From a virus: DNA of 44,987 bases. Where the stretch lies: the IMG/VR virus record IMGVR_UViG_3300031521_000017; one strand, written 5' to 3'. Positions 10,767-19,493 of the stretch are shown piece after piece; position 1 is the first letter of the stretch, and every line of letters starts with the position of its first letter. Under the pieces are notes generated by a model. The model was not told the origin of the DNA. It did not search any database and worked only from the letters and a program-made list of their open reading frames with translations. The translations under genes and the position numbers were made by a program.

Positions 10767-10776
10767 CTCCTTTTAC

Positions 10777-11133
10777 TTAATATCCTGCTCGCTTCATAAT
10801 ATAGTCATAATTAACATGAGCTTCTTCCCAATAGGGAATAGCAATTAAGCGTATATTATTTCGATAGCAATATACTCTTTTACGAGTATCATTGTATGCC
10901 TGTTTCCCAAATCCTTTTTTCCCACCAAACTTTCCTTTCGGTTGATAATGTTGGATGCCTTGGAACTCAATAAGAAATTCCAAAGCACCCTCATCATCAA
11001 AGACCGCAAAATCAAATCTTAAGGCTCGTCCAGTAGAAGTTACAAGATCAGGGAAAGAATACTCTTCAACGAAATTTAACCCGTTGTCTTGTAATATTTC
11101 GGCTATCTTTATTTCACCTCTACTTGCTCTCAT
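10777..11133 (-). CDS. 118-aa hypothetical protein; FDFAVFDDEG...EFLIEFQ segment weakly suggestive of a PD-(D/E)xK-type nuclease core
   Basis: ORF between the terminase and portal genes; motif reading only. Confidence 0.35.
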   Translation of the reverse strand: MRASRGEIKIAEILQDNGLNFVEEYSFPDLVTSTGRALRFDFAVFDDEGALEFLIEFQGIQHYQPKGKFGGKKGFGKQAYNDTRKRVYCYRNNIRLIAIPYWEEAHVNYDYIMKRAGY

Positions 11134-11213
11134 AATAAATAAACTCCTTAATTTTCTGAACTAATAACTATTAAAAGTGAAAGATCTCTTTTAACTATGT
11201 TTGACCGCTTATT

Positions 11214-12950
11214 TTAAGCAGGAGTATAGAACATCATATCTGCAATATTTCTAGTCTTTCTCTTTCTATTTCGATCTTCTTCTTTCTTTATGTGATAAAG
11301 ACCATATTCAAAAGCAGAAAACTTGTCTTTCTTAATTCCTCGACTAGACTGTTTCAAAATAATATTAACTCCTTCATTTTCCTCAACTAAATTAAGCATC
11401 TGTTCCCGCAAAATAGTGGTAAGAGTGAAGGGCCGCAAATAATCTGCTCTTTTCTCAATAGACATAGCTTGTCCCATTTTAGTAGTCATTAATTTTAACT
11501 TAGCTTGGTTTTCATCAATCAAAAACCGCACTTTTCCACTTGAGAGTTGCGTCTGCGCGTAGGTATGAGCCTCTGTGTTAATTGGCGCATTAGCTTTAAT
11601 AATATACATAGCATCAATAATAGTGTCATTCGTTCTAAATTTGCGATATGTGTTATCATCATCATTCTCAACGCCCCAGTTTTCAAGTAGGTTTCCTTCT
11701 TCATCCTCTTGGTCCAAAACCAAAAAGTCAACAAGACCTACTCCAAGTCCGTTCGCGTCAACAACGCAGATTCGCGCATTATACTTCTTAAATAATTTCT
11801 TAATAGCAATAGCTTGAATCCCGAAGTGTTCTGCTTCAATAGTGAAAATGTTAACTAAAGTTTTGCGAGAACTTCCTTGTGCTTGCGGCGTAACCTTAAA
11901 TATCATAATTTCAGTGGTACACTTTAAGCGTCCAACGTCAACACTAAGTAAATAATAAGCATCTTTTCCTGATCGCTTACTATATTCATACTCAGGCTGA
12001 AGTAGCACTCTGTGCTTATCGAATTTCTCTGAAGAGAAGAAAGAGTTCTCCGCATCTCCAGACCATTCACTTTCATACTCTCGCGCGAAAGAAGCCTCGT
12101 TGAAAGTACCATCATTCTTCAAATCCCGCACGAAATTCTTATCCAGCAATTTTTCAAGAACTGGAACTCTCCAAGAACCACCAAGAATAAAAGCTTCTTT
12201 AGGATTGATAATTTGGTTTACAAGAATTTGAATTAATTTTTCATAAGAAAAAGTATTCTTATATCCCGCAGTAGTCACATAAATTTGGCTTTTGTTAAGT
12301 ACTTCTTCTGGTTTGAACTTTCCATTAACATATCTAGAAACGTTCATAAGAGGAATTAAAATCTCGTTCAAAATCTGCTGCGGAATTGTCACGCACTCTT
12401 CTAGAAGTCCACCATGGAAACGCAAACCTCTTGAGCGTTCATTTGCCGCAACGTTCTGCATAACAGAACCATTCTTAAAGGTATATCTAATTTGATCTTT
12501 AGCTGTGGTTGATTTACCTGGGGACCAGTCAATCTCATTGTGAAAACTAGGAATAAGACAACAGATCTCTTCAACCTTCGCGCGCACGATCGCCGCAGAT
12601 TGCTCTTTACCTCCGGTACTAATGAAGAGATGCGCGTTCGGGAAAAGGATGCATCTAATTATTAGGGCGAGAATGCTTAGAAACGACTTACTATACGCAC
12701 GAGGGAATACCGCATACACATATCGGCATCTCATAACAATTCTGAGGAAAATTCTCTGGTAAAAGAAGAGATTAAAAGTTGAATCCGGACCTTTCATAAA
12801 GTCTACGAATACATCAGGATACTCTCTCCAGTAGGATACCACTTTCCGCACATTAGGAATTTGTGCCGCAATTCTCTCCTCAGATAAACCTTGTTTCTTT
12901 GAAAGGTTATTTCCTAATTGCAATAAGTCTTTAAGCGCCATTTTCATCAT
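11214..12950 (-). CDS. terL: terminase large subunit
   Basis: 578 aa; deviant Walker-A-like FPRAYSKSF; a C-terminal RNase-H-like segment (LLSVDVG...); position upstream of the portal; the start overlaps the upstream ORF. Confidence 0.75.
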   Translation of the reverse strand: MMKMALKDLLQLGNNLSKKQGLSEERIAAQIPNVRKVVSYWREYPDVFVDFMKGPDSTFNLFFYQRIFLRIVMRCRYVYAVFPRAYSKSFLSILALIIRCILFPNAHLFISTGGKEQSAAIVRAKVEEICCLIPSFHNEIDWSPGKSTTAKDQIRYTFKNGSVMQNVAANERSRGLRFHGGLLEECVTIPQQILNEILIPLMNVSRYVNGKFKPEEVLNKSQIYVTTAGYKNTFSYEKLIQILVNQIINPKEAFILGGSWRVPVLEKLLDKNFVRDLKNDGTFNEASFAREYESEWSGDAENSFFSSEKFDKHRVLLQPEYEYSKRSGKDAYYLLSVDVGRLKCTTEIMIFKVTPQAQGSSRKTLVNIFTIEAEHFGIQAIAIKKLFKKYNARICVVDANGLGVGLVDFLVLDQEDEEGNLLENWGVENDDDNTYRKFRTNDTIIDAMYIIKANAPINTEAHTYAQTQLSSGKVRFLIDENQAKLKLMTTKMGQAMSIEKRADYLRPFTLTTILREQMLNLVEENEGVNIILKQSSRGIKKDKFSAFEYGLYHIKKEEDRNRKRKTRNIADMMFYTPA

Positions 12951-14100
12951 CTGCTTTTTGAGACTCTATTTCTTCATAGAAGTCTTGGAAATCAACATCA
13001 TCAAGAACAGATTGCTCTATATCTTCAATAGACAAATCTTCATTTAATTGCTCTTCTTCTGTTTCTTCCATTTGCGCTTGAAGTTCCATTTTCTTTAGAT
13101 GATTTTGAATTTGTTCATCAAGACCCATATCTTTAGTTACTAGATTGTAAGTATACTTATTCATATCCTGAATAGTTTTGTCTATAATATCTTGATCAAA
13201 TTCTGTTTCTAATCTAGGAATAAAGCCTCCTTCTTTTTCGCAAAGAGCAACTAGCTCTCCAACGGAATCTATTAAGTCTTTATTTCCTTCTTTATTCTGA
13301 GCTTCTGTGAACTTACCCGATTTCCGCAATGGCTCATAAACTCTAGATAGCTTTAAGTAAGTTTCTATATCGTTACAGTCAATTGCCTCATCCATCTTCA
13401 AAGAAGTTTTGCAAATCATTTTCAATGTAGACTCGCGGTCCGCACCTTGAACATCAAATGACTCAACATATTCAACATACATTTTTTCTAGCATAACCCA
13501 TTGAGTAGGAGTATATAATCTACCCCATTTCATTGCCAGTTCCATTTTATCTTCTGGTGTTAATTCTGCGGCAATATCTATAAAGTCAATTTCTTCAAAC
13601 CCTGGATTGTTAGTGGGATAGAAGCCACTGGCCGCAGGTGGTTTCGCATCTGACTCTTCTGACAAGGTAAGAAATTCTGCTTCTGTAATCTTGCCTTCCT
13701 CAAAGAGTCGCTTAAGTTCTCCCGCAGGAGTAATCTCACCTATGTCTTGCGCATGCTTCATCTTTAAATCTTTTTCTGCTTGAAGCTTTTCTGAATCTTC
13801 CCAAGTATAATCTTGCCATTGTTTTAATTTCATTTTGGAAAGATATTTACCAAAGACTGACATGCCATTCATAGTATGCGGATTTTTAGCATATGCCCGA
13901 TCACGCAAAGTGTTCCATTCTTCTTTAATAAAAGGAACATCCATTTTCTGTAAGAGCCAAAGATAGGTTTCTGGATCATAATTATCAATATGCATAGTCA
14001 TACATTTTTTGCATTGTTCAGTTTTAGTTTTATCTTTATATGTGTAGAAACCTCCTTCATCTAGAGTCTTTCTACATTTACTACAAAATTTAGTACTCAT
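12931..14100 (-). CDS. 389-aa protein with an N-terminal Cys4 zinc ribbon and an acidic C-terminus, in the position where a terminase small subunit would sit (unusually large for one)
   Basis: CSKCRK...CKKC motif; overlaps the terL start by 20 nt. Confidence 0.45.
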   Translation of the reverse strand: MSTKFCSKCRKTLDEGGFYTYKDKTKTEQCKKCMTMHIDNYDPETYLWLLQKMDVPFIKEEWNTLRDRAYAKNPHTMNGMSVFGKYLSKMKLKQWQDYTWEDSEKLQAEKDLKMKHAQDIGEITPAGELKRLFEEGKITEAEFLTLSEESDAKPPAASGFYPTNNPGFEEIDFIDIAAELTPEDKMELAMKWGRLYTPTQWVMLEKMYVEYVESFDVQGADRESTLKMICKTSLKMDEAIDCNDIETYLKLSRVYEPLRKSGKFTEAQNKEGNKDLIDSVGELVALCEKEGGFIPRLETEFDQDIIDKTIQDMNKYTYNLVTKDMGLDEQIQNHLKKMELQAQMEETEEEQLNEDLSIEDIEQSVLDDVDFQDFYEEIESQKADDENGA

Positions 14101-14287
14101 TTAGACCTCTTCTCCCACTGCGCTCAGGATACCTATGCTCAAGACTGTCAAAATCTCCAGCTTCTTGGAGAGTATACTTTAACTCTGTAAGAGAAGTAGT
14201 AGCTTTTTGCAACTGTGCAGTAAGTTTCTTTAACATAACTGTTACTTGACTGGTATCAAGAGTAACTTGTATAGTTTCAGTTTTCAT
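14090..14287 (-). CDS. 65-aa hypothetical protein
   Basis: Short ORF bridging two larger genes with small overlaps. Confidence 0.3.
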   Translation of the reverse strand: MKTETIQVTLDTSQVTVMLKKLTAQLQKATTSLTELKYTLQEAGDFDSLEHRYPERSGRRGLNEY

Positions 14288-14297
14288 TAAAATTCAC

Positions 14298-15371
14298 CTA
14301 CTTCTTTTTAGTATTGCGGCAACTTTTACATACTGAGTAGAAACCATCCTTGGAAGTCTTGTTTTTTGAGAAGAATGTGTTGTGAGCTAGTTTGATCTGG
14401 CCGCATCTACTACATTTCTTCCACTTAGCTTTTTCTTCCATTGTGAAATGATAAATTAACCATTCTTCCTGAGCTTTGTTTGCTATTAATTTAGGTATCT
14501 TATTGCGCCATAGAGAGGATAAATACTCAAGAGAGTGTTTAATACCAAAATCCGCATCTAACTTCTCTTGTATTTCTAAATTGGTATCTCCATCAATTTT
14601 ATATACCAAGAGATCAAACAAGAGAGGATGTTTTTCATATAGGGTCCGCATTATTAAATCATCTAAGTCCATTAATAAGAAATGCATATCGTACCCTAAG
14701 TCTTCCCATACCTCTTGCTTCAAAGCGGAGTAATGACACAATAGAGCTTCGACATGCGCGGGATTGTATAGATTTACATATCCTGTGCTGCGGACCTCTT
14801 GGTTATCATTAAGATAGACTGTTTCTGGTAACTCTGTCTTGGCCAAAGATTTAATTAAAGCATTCGCTTTAGCTGGTTCTTTTGCGCCATTACGGATTAC
14901 ATATTGATCCTGCCGCATTTGAATTAGGTGTTTCTTCAATAGGAAAGCTCTTTTGCCAGTCCCGATAGCCTTAGTTGCCATAGGGGCCATGATTGAGATA
15001 ACATCTACTAAAGATTTGAGTGCGGGAATAGTGTCAATTTCTTCTTGCGTGATTGGGGCTTTAGGGGAGAGAAGGGTGTTCTTATCTTCCCGCATAAGAT
15101 TATAAATTCCATCTTCTCCATTTTCTAACTTATCTACTAATGCTTCGTAGGACGTTTCCCTTTTATTCACAGTGACCATGCGGTCTTCAGTTAAAATTTT
15201 TCTTTGTCTGCGCTCTTTTTTGTCGGCTGTTAAAATGATATAGTTTGCTAATATTTCTTTATATTGCGAGGTCAAGTGTGAAGAAGGAGTATTTTCTACG
15301 ATTTGGTGTACGAGTAATGTCCGCTCTTCGGGGGATTCCAAAGAGTAATCGAGTTTGATCTGCTTTTGCAT
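14298..15371 (-). CDS. 357-aa first gene of the leftward operon, with a C-terminal Cys4 zinc ribbon (CSRCG...CKSC)
   Basis: GAAAGGAGAG ribosome-binding site; a consensus promoter lies immediately upstream. Confidence 0.5.
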   Translation of the reverse strand: MQKQIKLDYSLESPEERTLLVHQIVENTPSSHLTSQYKEILANYIILTADKKERRQRKILTEDRMVTVNKRETSYEALVDKLENGEDGIYNLMREDKNTLLSPKAPITQEEIDTIPALKSLVDVISIMAPMATKAIGTGKRAFLLKKHLIQMRQDQYVIRNGAKEPAKANALIKSLAKTELPETVYLNDNQEVRSTGYVNLYNPAHVEALLCHYSALKQEVWEDLGYDMHFLLMDLDDLIMRTLYEKHPLLFDLLVYKIDGDTNLEIQEKLDADFGIKHSLEYLSSLWRNKIPKLIANKAQEEWLIYHFTMEEKAKWKKCSRCGQIKLAHNTFFSKNKTSKDGFYSVCKSCRNTKKK

Positions 15372-15400
15372 TAAACTCTCCTTTCTTCTAGCTTAACCTA

Positions 15401-15429
15401 AGTATATCACAAAATTTTCCCAAAGTCAA
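15401..15429 (-). promoter_or_regulatory. sigma-A-type promoter for the leftward (structural) operon
   Basis: Minus strand reads TTGACT-N17-TATACT. Confidence 0.55.
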
Positions 15430-15462
15430 GGATTTCATAAAGGAAAGTTAAAAGTGAGATAA

Positions 15463-15491
15463 TTGACGGGGAATTTTTATTATAGTATAAT
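15463..15491 (+). promoter_or_regulatory. sigma-A-type promoter firing rightward into the GC-rich island
   Basis: TTGACG-N17-TATAAT. Confidence 0.55.
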
Positions 15492-15742
15492 AGAATTGTT
15501 GGGAAGGTTTTCGTTTTTAGAATTGGAAAATGCTCTGATGGACGGGAATGTCGTGAGGGAAACCAATTGTTAAATTTTTGTGAAATTTGCCCAAATGACG
15601 CCCCCCCCTCTACTCCATCGCAGTAGAGCGTTAGAGTTGTGGAGATTATGTGGAGATGAGAATTTCTCTTGTAAGTGTCAGACCAAAAGAGGAGAATGGA
15701 CCCATCGAAAGAAACCCGCACCACTGGCGAAGGGAAAAGACA

Positions 15743-15958
15743 ATGACAGACCAAGAGACACGCGAGATGCTGCAAGAGCAGAGCGATGCAACCGAGTGTA
15801 GCGGCAACTGCGAAAGCTGTCTTGTCTCTGGGAGCTACTTCCAAGCCGAGTGTAGAGTGTTCGCCGCATTCGCCGACCTAGACTACCAGCTTGACATCAT
15901 CGCGCGCGCCGACGAGCGCGCCGAGGAACTCGCTTATACAGAGGGGCGGTTGTCATAG
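15743..15958 (+). CDS. 71-aa acidic hypothetical protein (MTDQETREMLQEQ...)
   Basis: GC-rich ORF with a GAAGGG ribosome-binding site. Confidence 0.4.
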   Translation: MTDQETREMLQEQSDATECSGNCESCLVSGSYFQAECRVFAAFADLDYQLDIIARADERAEELAYTEGRLS

Positions 15959-16137
15959 TGACCAACATAGAGAACATCCGCGCGAATTGGAAGCTTTGCT
16001 CCACTTGCCCCTGCGACACTTGCTCAAACTGTATCGTTGCTCTTGACACCGGCGCGCTCATCGCGGCAGAAGTCGCGACCACGGGACAGGAACCCGCGCA
16101 AGTCATCAATCACGCCCACGCAGGATATCGCGCCTAG
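15958..16137 (+). CDS. about 59-aa Cys-rich peptide (CSTCPCDTCSNC), GTG start overlapping the upstream stop
   Basis: Open frame with a TAGTG overlap; the start codon is uncertain. Confidence 0.25.
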   Translation: MTNIENIRANWKLCSTCPCDTCSNCIVALDTGALIAAEVATTGQEPAQVINHAHAGYRA

Positions 16138-16185
16138 CAGACTCCAAGGGTGGGGAGCAATCCCCACCCAAAGAAGGGATAGACC

Positions 16186-16347
16186 ATGACCGGTATATAT
16201 ATCATCATCATCGAGCGTCAGGGACATATCATCATCAAGAAGTCCCATACCAAGAACTTCGATACCGCAGTCCGTCACGCAAACTGTATCATCAAGCGAG
16301 ATGGCGGCGAAGTCGTATCAGTGACCAAGGAAGGACGGCAATACTAA
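16186..16347 (+). CDS. 53-aa hypothetical protein (MTGIYIIIIERQGH...)
   Basis: GAAGGGATAG ribosome-binding site; ATG start. Confidence 0.4.
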   Translation: MTGIYIIIIERQGHIIIKKSHTKNFDTAVRHANCIIKRDGGEVVSVTKEGRQY

Positions 16348-16421
16348 TGGTAATGAGCATCGGTGTCTGTGTCGCTCTCTTCATTCTCATCTGTGGCGCA
16401 CCAAGCGCCCCTAAGCACTAG
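16347..16421 (+). CDS. 24-aa hydrophobic peptide (MVMSIGVCVALFILICGAPSAPKH)
   Basis: TAATG-coupled ORF with a single predicted transmembrane helix. Confidence 0.25.
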   Translation: MVMSIGVCVALFILICGAPSAPKH

Positions 16422-16433
16422 AAGGGACATACC

Positions 16434-16940
16434 ATGACTGCTACAGGACTTAGGAACATCGCGAAGGGTATCTGCTCGGTTCTTGCTTGTATCATCTACT
16501 GGACAGTGACGCACACCATCGCTTGGGAGGCTATCATCCCCGTTGTCCTCATCGCCGCAGTGCTCTACTACATGGGCGCACTCGTCCTCTACCTCGCCAC
16601 AATGGGGCAGTGCAAGAGAGAGGAGAAGGTGGAAACTTACACCGTCCCTCTCCTTGGATACCTCGGCGACCATACGTGGGCGACTCTCCGAGATGGTAAA
16701 GTAAGGGAGACACATATCTACCCCAACTCCATTACATACTCTCTCGGTGAAACAAGTGAACTCACCTACAAGAAAACACGCTATCGTCAAGTAGTAGAGG
16801 ATAACATCTTCGCACGTCTTGCACATGGAGACTCTGACCCAGAGTGGAAGGTATGGTACGAGCGCCCCACGCATATCACCTTGAGCGCCATCCCATACAA
16901 CAGAATCGTCAACAACTGCCAAGAGAGCGAGGTTAACTAA
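16434..16940 (+). CDS. 168-aa membrane protein (two N-terminal transmembrane helices plus a soluble domain)
   Basis: ORF with hydrophobic segments ICSVLACIIYWTV and IIPVVLIAAVLYYMGALVLYLA. Confidence 0.5.
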   Translation: MTATGLRNIAKGICSVLACIIYWTVTHTIAWEAIIPVVLIAAVLYYMGALVLYLATMGQCKREEKVETYTVPLLGYLGDHTWATLRDGKVRETHIYPNSITYSLGETSELTYKKTRYRQVVEDNIFARLAHGDSDPEWKVWYERPTHITLSAIPYNRIVNNCQESEVN

Positions 16941-16942
16941 TC

Positions 16943-17263
16943 ATGAGTGCTACCATAGCAGTCTCGCTAGAACATGGTGGAGGAGGAAAGCACCCAACCT
17001 TCGAGACTGCTATGGGAGCACTGCGCTCGCGCTTCAAGCGCTTGACCATATCACCTACACGCACATACACAGTGAATGGACAGCTTACTACTTGGTTCAT
17101 GCTCTACAATGGTAAAACTTGCGTAGGGTCGCTGTATGAGAAGTGTACGAATGACCATAGCGAAACACTTGCCTACCCTCAGTGTATCTTAGGAGAGCGC
17201 CTGTTTGAAGGAGGACCGTACAGAGAACAGAACCATGGGATGCTCGAATCAGGAGGTGTGTAA
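16943..17263 (+). CDS. 106-aa hypothetical protein
   Basis: ORF with a TAATCATGA junction to the upstream gene. Confidence 0.45.
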   Translation: MSATIAVSLEHGGGGKHPTFETAMGALRSRFKRLTISPTRTYTVNGQLTTWFMLYNGKTCVGSLYEKCTNDHSETLAYPQCILGERLFEGGPYREQNHGMLESGGV

Positions 17264-17341
17264 ATGTCAACCTTGCATCTTGGGATGATTTGTGTTACTG
17301 CAATCATCTGTTTCTGGATTCTGGTTCTTGGTTTGAACTGA
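17264..17341 (+). CDS. 25-aa hydrophobic peptide (MSTLHLGMICVTAIICFWILVLGLN)
   Basis: Strong AGGAGGT ribosome-binding site 7 nt upstream; single transmembrane helix. Confidence 0.35.
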   Translation: MSTLHLGMICVTAIICFWILVLGLN

Positions 17342-17389
17342 GCAAATAGTGTGACAACTCGCTTAGACAGAAGTTGGCACACTGCTTGC

Positions 17390-17405
17390 TGGCCGCGCGC
17401 GGCCA
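17390..17405. repeat. GC palindrome TGGCCGCGCGCGGCCA followed by AAGTTTTG (module 1)
   Basis: Member of a family of 7 GC hairpins, each followed by an A3-4T3-7 tract. Confidence 0.6.
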
Positions 17406-17412
17406 AGTTTTG

Positions 17413-17441
17413 ACTATACCACGAAGGCCACCATTTGTCAA
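17413..17441 (-). promoter_or_regulatory. predicted leftward promoter (minus strand TTGACA-N17-TATAGT) firing into the palindrome
   Basis: The reverse complement of the TTGTCAAGAGGA box is a perfect -35 box; TATAGT sits 17 nt away; the same arrangement recurs in modules 2, 4 and 5. Confidence 0.45.
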
Positions 17442-17486
17442 GAGGAAAACTCGAAAAAGATTTCTTTCTTTCTTTTCCCGAAACCC

Positions 17487-17515
17487 TTGCATCCTCCCAT
17501 CCAAGGTGCTAAGAT
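17487..17515 (+). promoter_or_regulatory. island-type rightward promoter CCCGAAACCC-TTGCAT-N17-TAAGAT
   Basis: Conserved upstream CCYGAAACCC context shared by 5 other island promoters. Confidence 0.5.
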
Positions 17516-17556
17516 GTATCTACGAGGTAAGAGGAACACGAACTTAGGAGCCAGAC

Positions 17557-17670
17557 ATGAGCAAGAACACCAGCCCCGCGCACGTTGTTCTCACTGCCGA
17601 GAAGGTCATGGAGATTGACCTTAAGAACCTTCAGACGAAGATGGCTTCGCGTAAGGTGCGTGTGAAGTAA
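17557..17670 (+). CDS. 37-aa basic peptide (MSKNTSPAHVVLTAEKVMEIDLKNLQTKMASRKVRVK)
   Basis: AGGAG ribosome-binding site; lies downstream of the island promoter. Confidence 0.35.
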   Translation: MSKNTSPAHVVLTAEKVMEIDLKNLQTKMASRKVRVK

Positions 17671-17951
17671 GGAATAAGTAAGGGCCGAGCCACCAAGTCC
17701 TAAGGGCTTGACTGCCGACGGGCGGTGAGGTACTATCGACGGATGGTACCTTGTGGGGCGTGATTAGTGACCTCGGGAGCGGGAGATATGGTACCCCGCA
17801 CATTGACAAGAGGATAGTAGGAGAGAAGAGTACACCCGCGGGAGAAAAAGCCTCTCCTGTTTAAACCATTCGCAGGATAGCTAACAGCGAAAGTGAAGGG
17901 TCTGACTTCAGTGAGTGGGATTGCAACCTAATCACCCCTTCTACTATCCCC

Positions 17952-17980
17952 TTGTCAGTGTCAAAGAACTATGCTACAAT
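17952..17980 (+). promoter_or_regulatory. promoter TTGTCA-N17-TACAAT
   Basis: Shares the TGCTACAATGAACTTACAGG -10 and start region with the promoter at 23949. Confidence 0.5.
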
Positions 17981-18027
17981 GAACTTACAGGAAACGCGGT
18001 GGGAGCCGCAGACAGAAGGAGCCTGAA

Positions 18028-18171
18028 ATGTCCACAGGTCGCAAGAACAATCTGGCTGCTCGTATCAAAGCTTTCGAGAACATGGGCAAGACCAAGATGG
18101 TCGGCGGACGCGTTGTATCTGGGACTACTGACAACGGCGCTTTCCACAAGCCCGGCTCGCAGAAGAAGTAG
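18028..18171 (+). CDS. 47-aa basic protein ending FHKPGSQKK (paralog of 35195..35374)
   Basis: GAAGGAG ribosome-binding site; the C-terminal FHKPGS(Q/N)KK is shared with a second gene 17 kb away. Confidence 0.45.
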   Translation: MSTGRKNNLAARIKAFENMGKTKMVGGRVVSGTTDNGAFHKPGSQKK

Positions 18172-18178
18172 GCGTAGC

Positions 18179-18418
18179 ATGGAGCACTACTCTCGCGGTT
18201 TTGCCGATGGGCGGTACGATCGTGGTTATTATGCCCCTCCGATTTGCGCTTCTGGATTCAGACCAAACCCTTACCACCGGGCCGAGTACATTGAAGGCTA
18301 CTGGGCGGGAATTCGCGCACGTCGCGCGGCTCAGTACCGCTCCTTCTACTCCGGGTATCGCGCAGGCTACGCTGCGGGGTACTGGGCAGGACGGAGGGAC
18401 TCGTACTACTACTACTAG
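18179..18418 (+). CDS. 79-aa Tyr/Gly/Arg-rich low-complexity protein (GYRAGYAAGYWAGRRDSYYYY)
   Basis: ORF with a repetitive G-Y-R/A composition. Confidence 0.4.
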   Translation: MEHYSRGFADGRYDRGYYAPPICASGFRPNPYHRAEYIEGYWAGIRARRAAQYRSFYSGYRAGYAAGYWAGRRDSYYYY

Positions 18419-18441
18419 TACATACTCCAAGAAAAGCACCC

Positions 18442-18475
18442 AAGAGACAATCTCAGAAAGTTGAGATTGTCTCTT
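18442..18475. terminator. 14-bp perfect hairpin AAGAGACAATCTCA-GAAAGT-TGAGATTGTCTCTT
   Basis: Hairpin only; flanked by a weak U-tract on the minus strand; could terminate transcripts from either direction. Confidence 0.45.
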
Positions 18476-18485
18476 GACATTTCGA

Positions 18486-18503
18486 CGCGCCGTGGGCGGC
18501 GCG
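18486..18503. repeat. GC palindrome CGCGCCG-TGGG-CGGCGCG followed by AAAATCT (module 2)
   Basis: Palindrome family member. Confidence 0.6.
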
Positions 18504-18511
18504 AAAATCTG

Positions 18512-18540
18512 ACAGTATCATACAATCGAGTATTTGTCAA
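18512..18540 (-). promoter_or_regulatory. predicted leftward promoter (minus strand TTGACA-N17-TACTGT)
   Basis: Same geometry as modules 1, 4 and 5. Confidence 0.4.
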
Positions 18541-18584
18541 GAGGAAAACTCAAAAATTATTTAGAATTAATTTTGCCTGAAACC

Positions 18585-18613
18585 TTGCTATCTTCTATCT
18601 GGTTTGCTATGCT
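18585..18613 (+). promoter_or_regulatory. island-type promoter CCTGAAACC-TTGCTA-N17-TATGCT
   Basis: Conserved context. Confidence 0.5.
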
Positions 18614-18648
18614 TAGCCTACGAAAAGCTACTAAGAAAGGAATTGGTC

Positions 18649-19326
18649 ATGGTTACTCCTCAGAATGTGATGAGTTACTTGGACAAGTTCTGTGACAGTT
18701 TCCAGAGCCTTACCTATTCGGACTTCGATACCGCTATTCAGCCCCTCAAAGATGCAATGGCAGCAGGGGAAGTTCCTCCCTTCGAGACTGCCTTTGGATG
18801 CACTAAAGGCGTCCTTATCTTTAAAGGTTGCGACTTCGTTGTGAAGATTCCTTTTGTTGGGGTTGCCAGTAGCTATTCGAGGTATTGCAAGTATACTGGC
18901 TCGAATAGCACAAATGGTTGGGACTACTGCCAGCGAGAGGTAGAAATCTACGAAGCTGCTAAAGAAGTAGGTGTAGCCAGTTTCCTCGCTGAGACCAAGT
19001 TGGTCGGATATGTCAAAGGGCATCCCATCTATACTCAGTCTCTTGTAGCGAATATCGGCAAAGCGGGATGTTATACTAGAGGTACAACCCCCAAGGTAGA
19101 GAGGCAAGCACGCCGTCTGCAAAGAGCAAGAACAACAGGTCAAGCGCATATGTGGGAGAATCTTCTTACTGCCATGATAGACACTTGTGGATTCCGCCTC
19201 ACCCAGCGATTCATGAACTTCTGTATCGCGCAAAAAACAGGGTCAGATTGGCATGATGGTAACTTCGGTCTTATCCCTCACACCACCGCTATCGTATTCT
19301 GCGATTACACTGGATATCGCAGATAA
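18649..19326 (+). CDS. 225-aa hypothetical protein
   Basis: ORF downstream of the island promoter; ATG with AGAAAGG upstream. Confidence 0.5.
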   Translation: MVTPQNVMSYLDKFCDSFQSLTYSDFDTAIQPLKDAMAAGEVPPFETAFGCTKGVLIFKGCDFVVKIPFVGVASSYSRYCKYTGSNSTNGWDYCQREVEIYEAAKEVGVASFLAETKLVGYVKGHPIYTQSLVANIGKAGCYTRGTTPKVERQARRLQRARTTGQAHMWENLLTAMIDTCGFRLTQRFMNFCIAQKTGSDWHDGNFGLIPHTTAIVFCDYTGYRR

Positions 19327-19363
19327 CAAAAACCAGTAAAATCCTATTGGCACGGATTTTGCT

Positions 19364-19379
19364 GGCCCGCACGCGGGCC
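19364..19379. repeat. GC palindrome GGCCCGC-AC-GCGGGCC followed by AAAATTTTTTT (module 3)
   Basis: Family member; preceded by a second small hairpin AAAATCC...GGATTTT (19338-19360). Confidence 0.6.
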
Positions 19380-19464
19380 AAAATTTTTTTGTCAATACTT
19401 TAGAGTTAGATTTTTGTGGAGATTTTGTTAACTCAAGATTAATTAGAATTATTCCTAAAATCCC

Positions 19465-19493
19465 TTGTGTTGGTCAGTCCTGCATGGTAAGAT
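19465..19493 (+). promoter_or_regulatory. island-type promoter CCTAAAATCCC-TTGTGT-N17-TAAGAT
   Basis: Conserved context; followed by about 480 nt with no convincing ORF. Confidence 0.45.

Noticed and set aside
11519-12495. Small ORFs nested within terL on both strands
   Set aside because: Fully embedded in a well-supported 578-aa terminase reading frame.
16344-16922. Minus-strand ORFs of 100-200 aa inside the GC island (16344..16922, 21042..21629, 22024..22434, 22705..23145, 18631..19233)
   Set aside because: They lie antisense to, and fully overlap, better-supported plus-strand genes with ribosome-binding sites and recognisable motifs. Long spurious ORFs are expected in 50% GC DNA.
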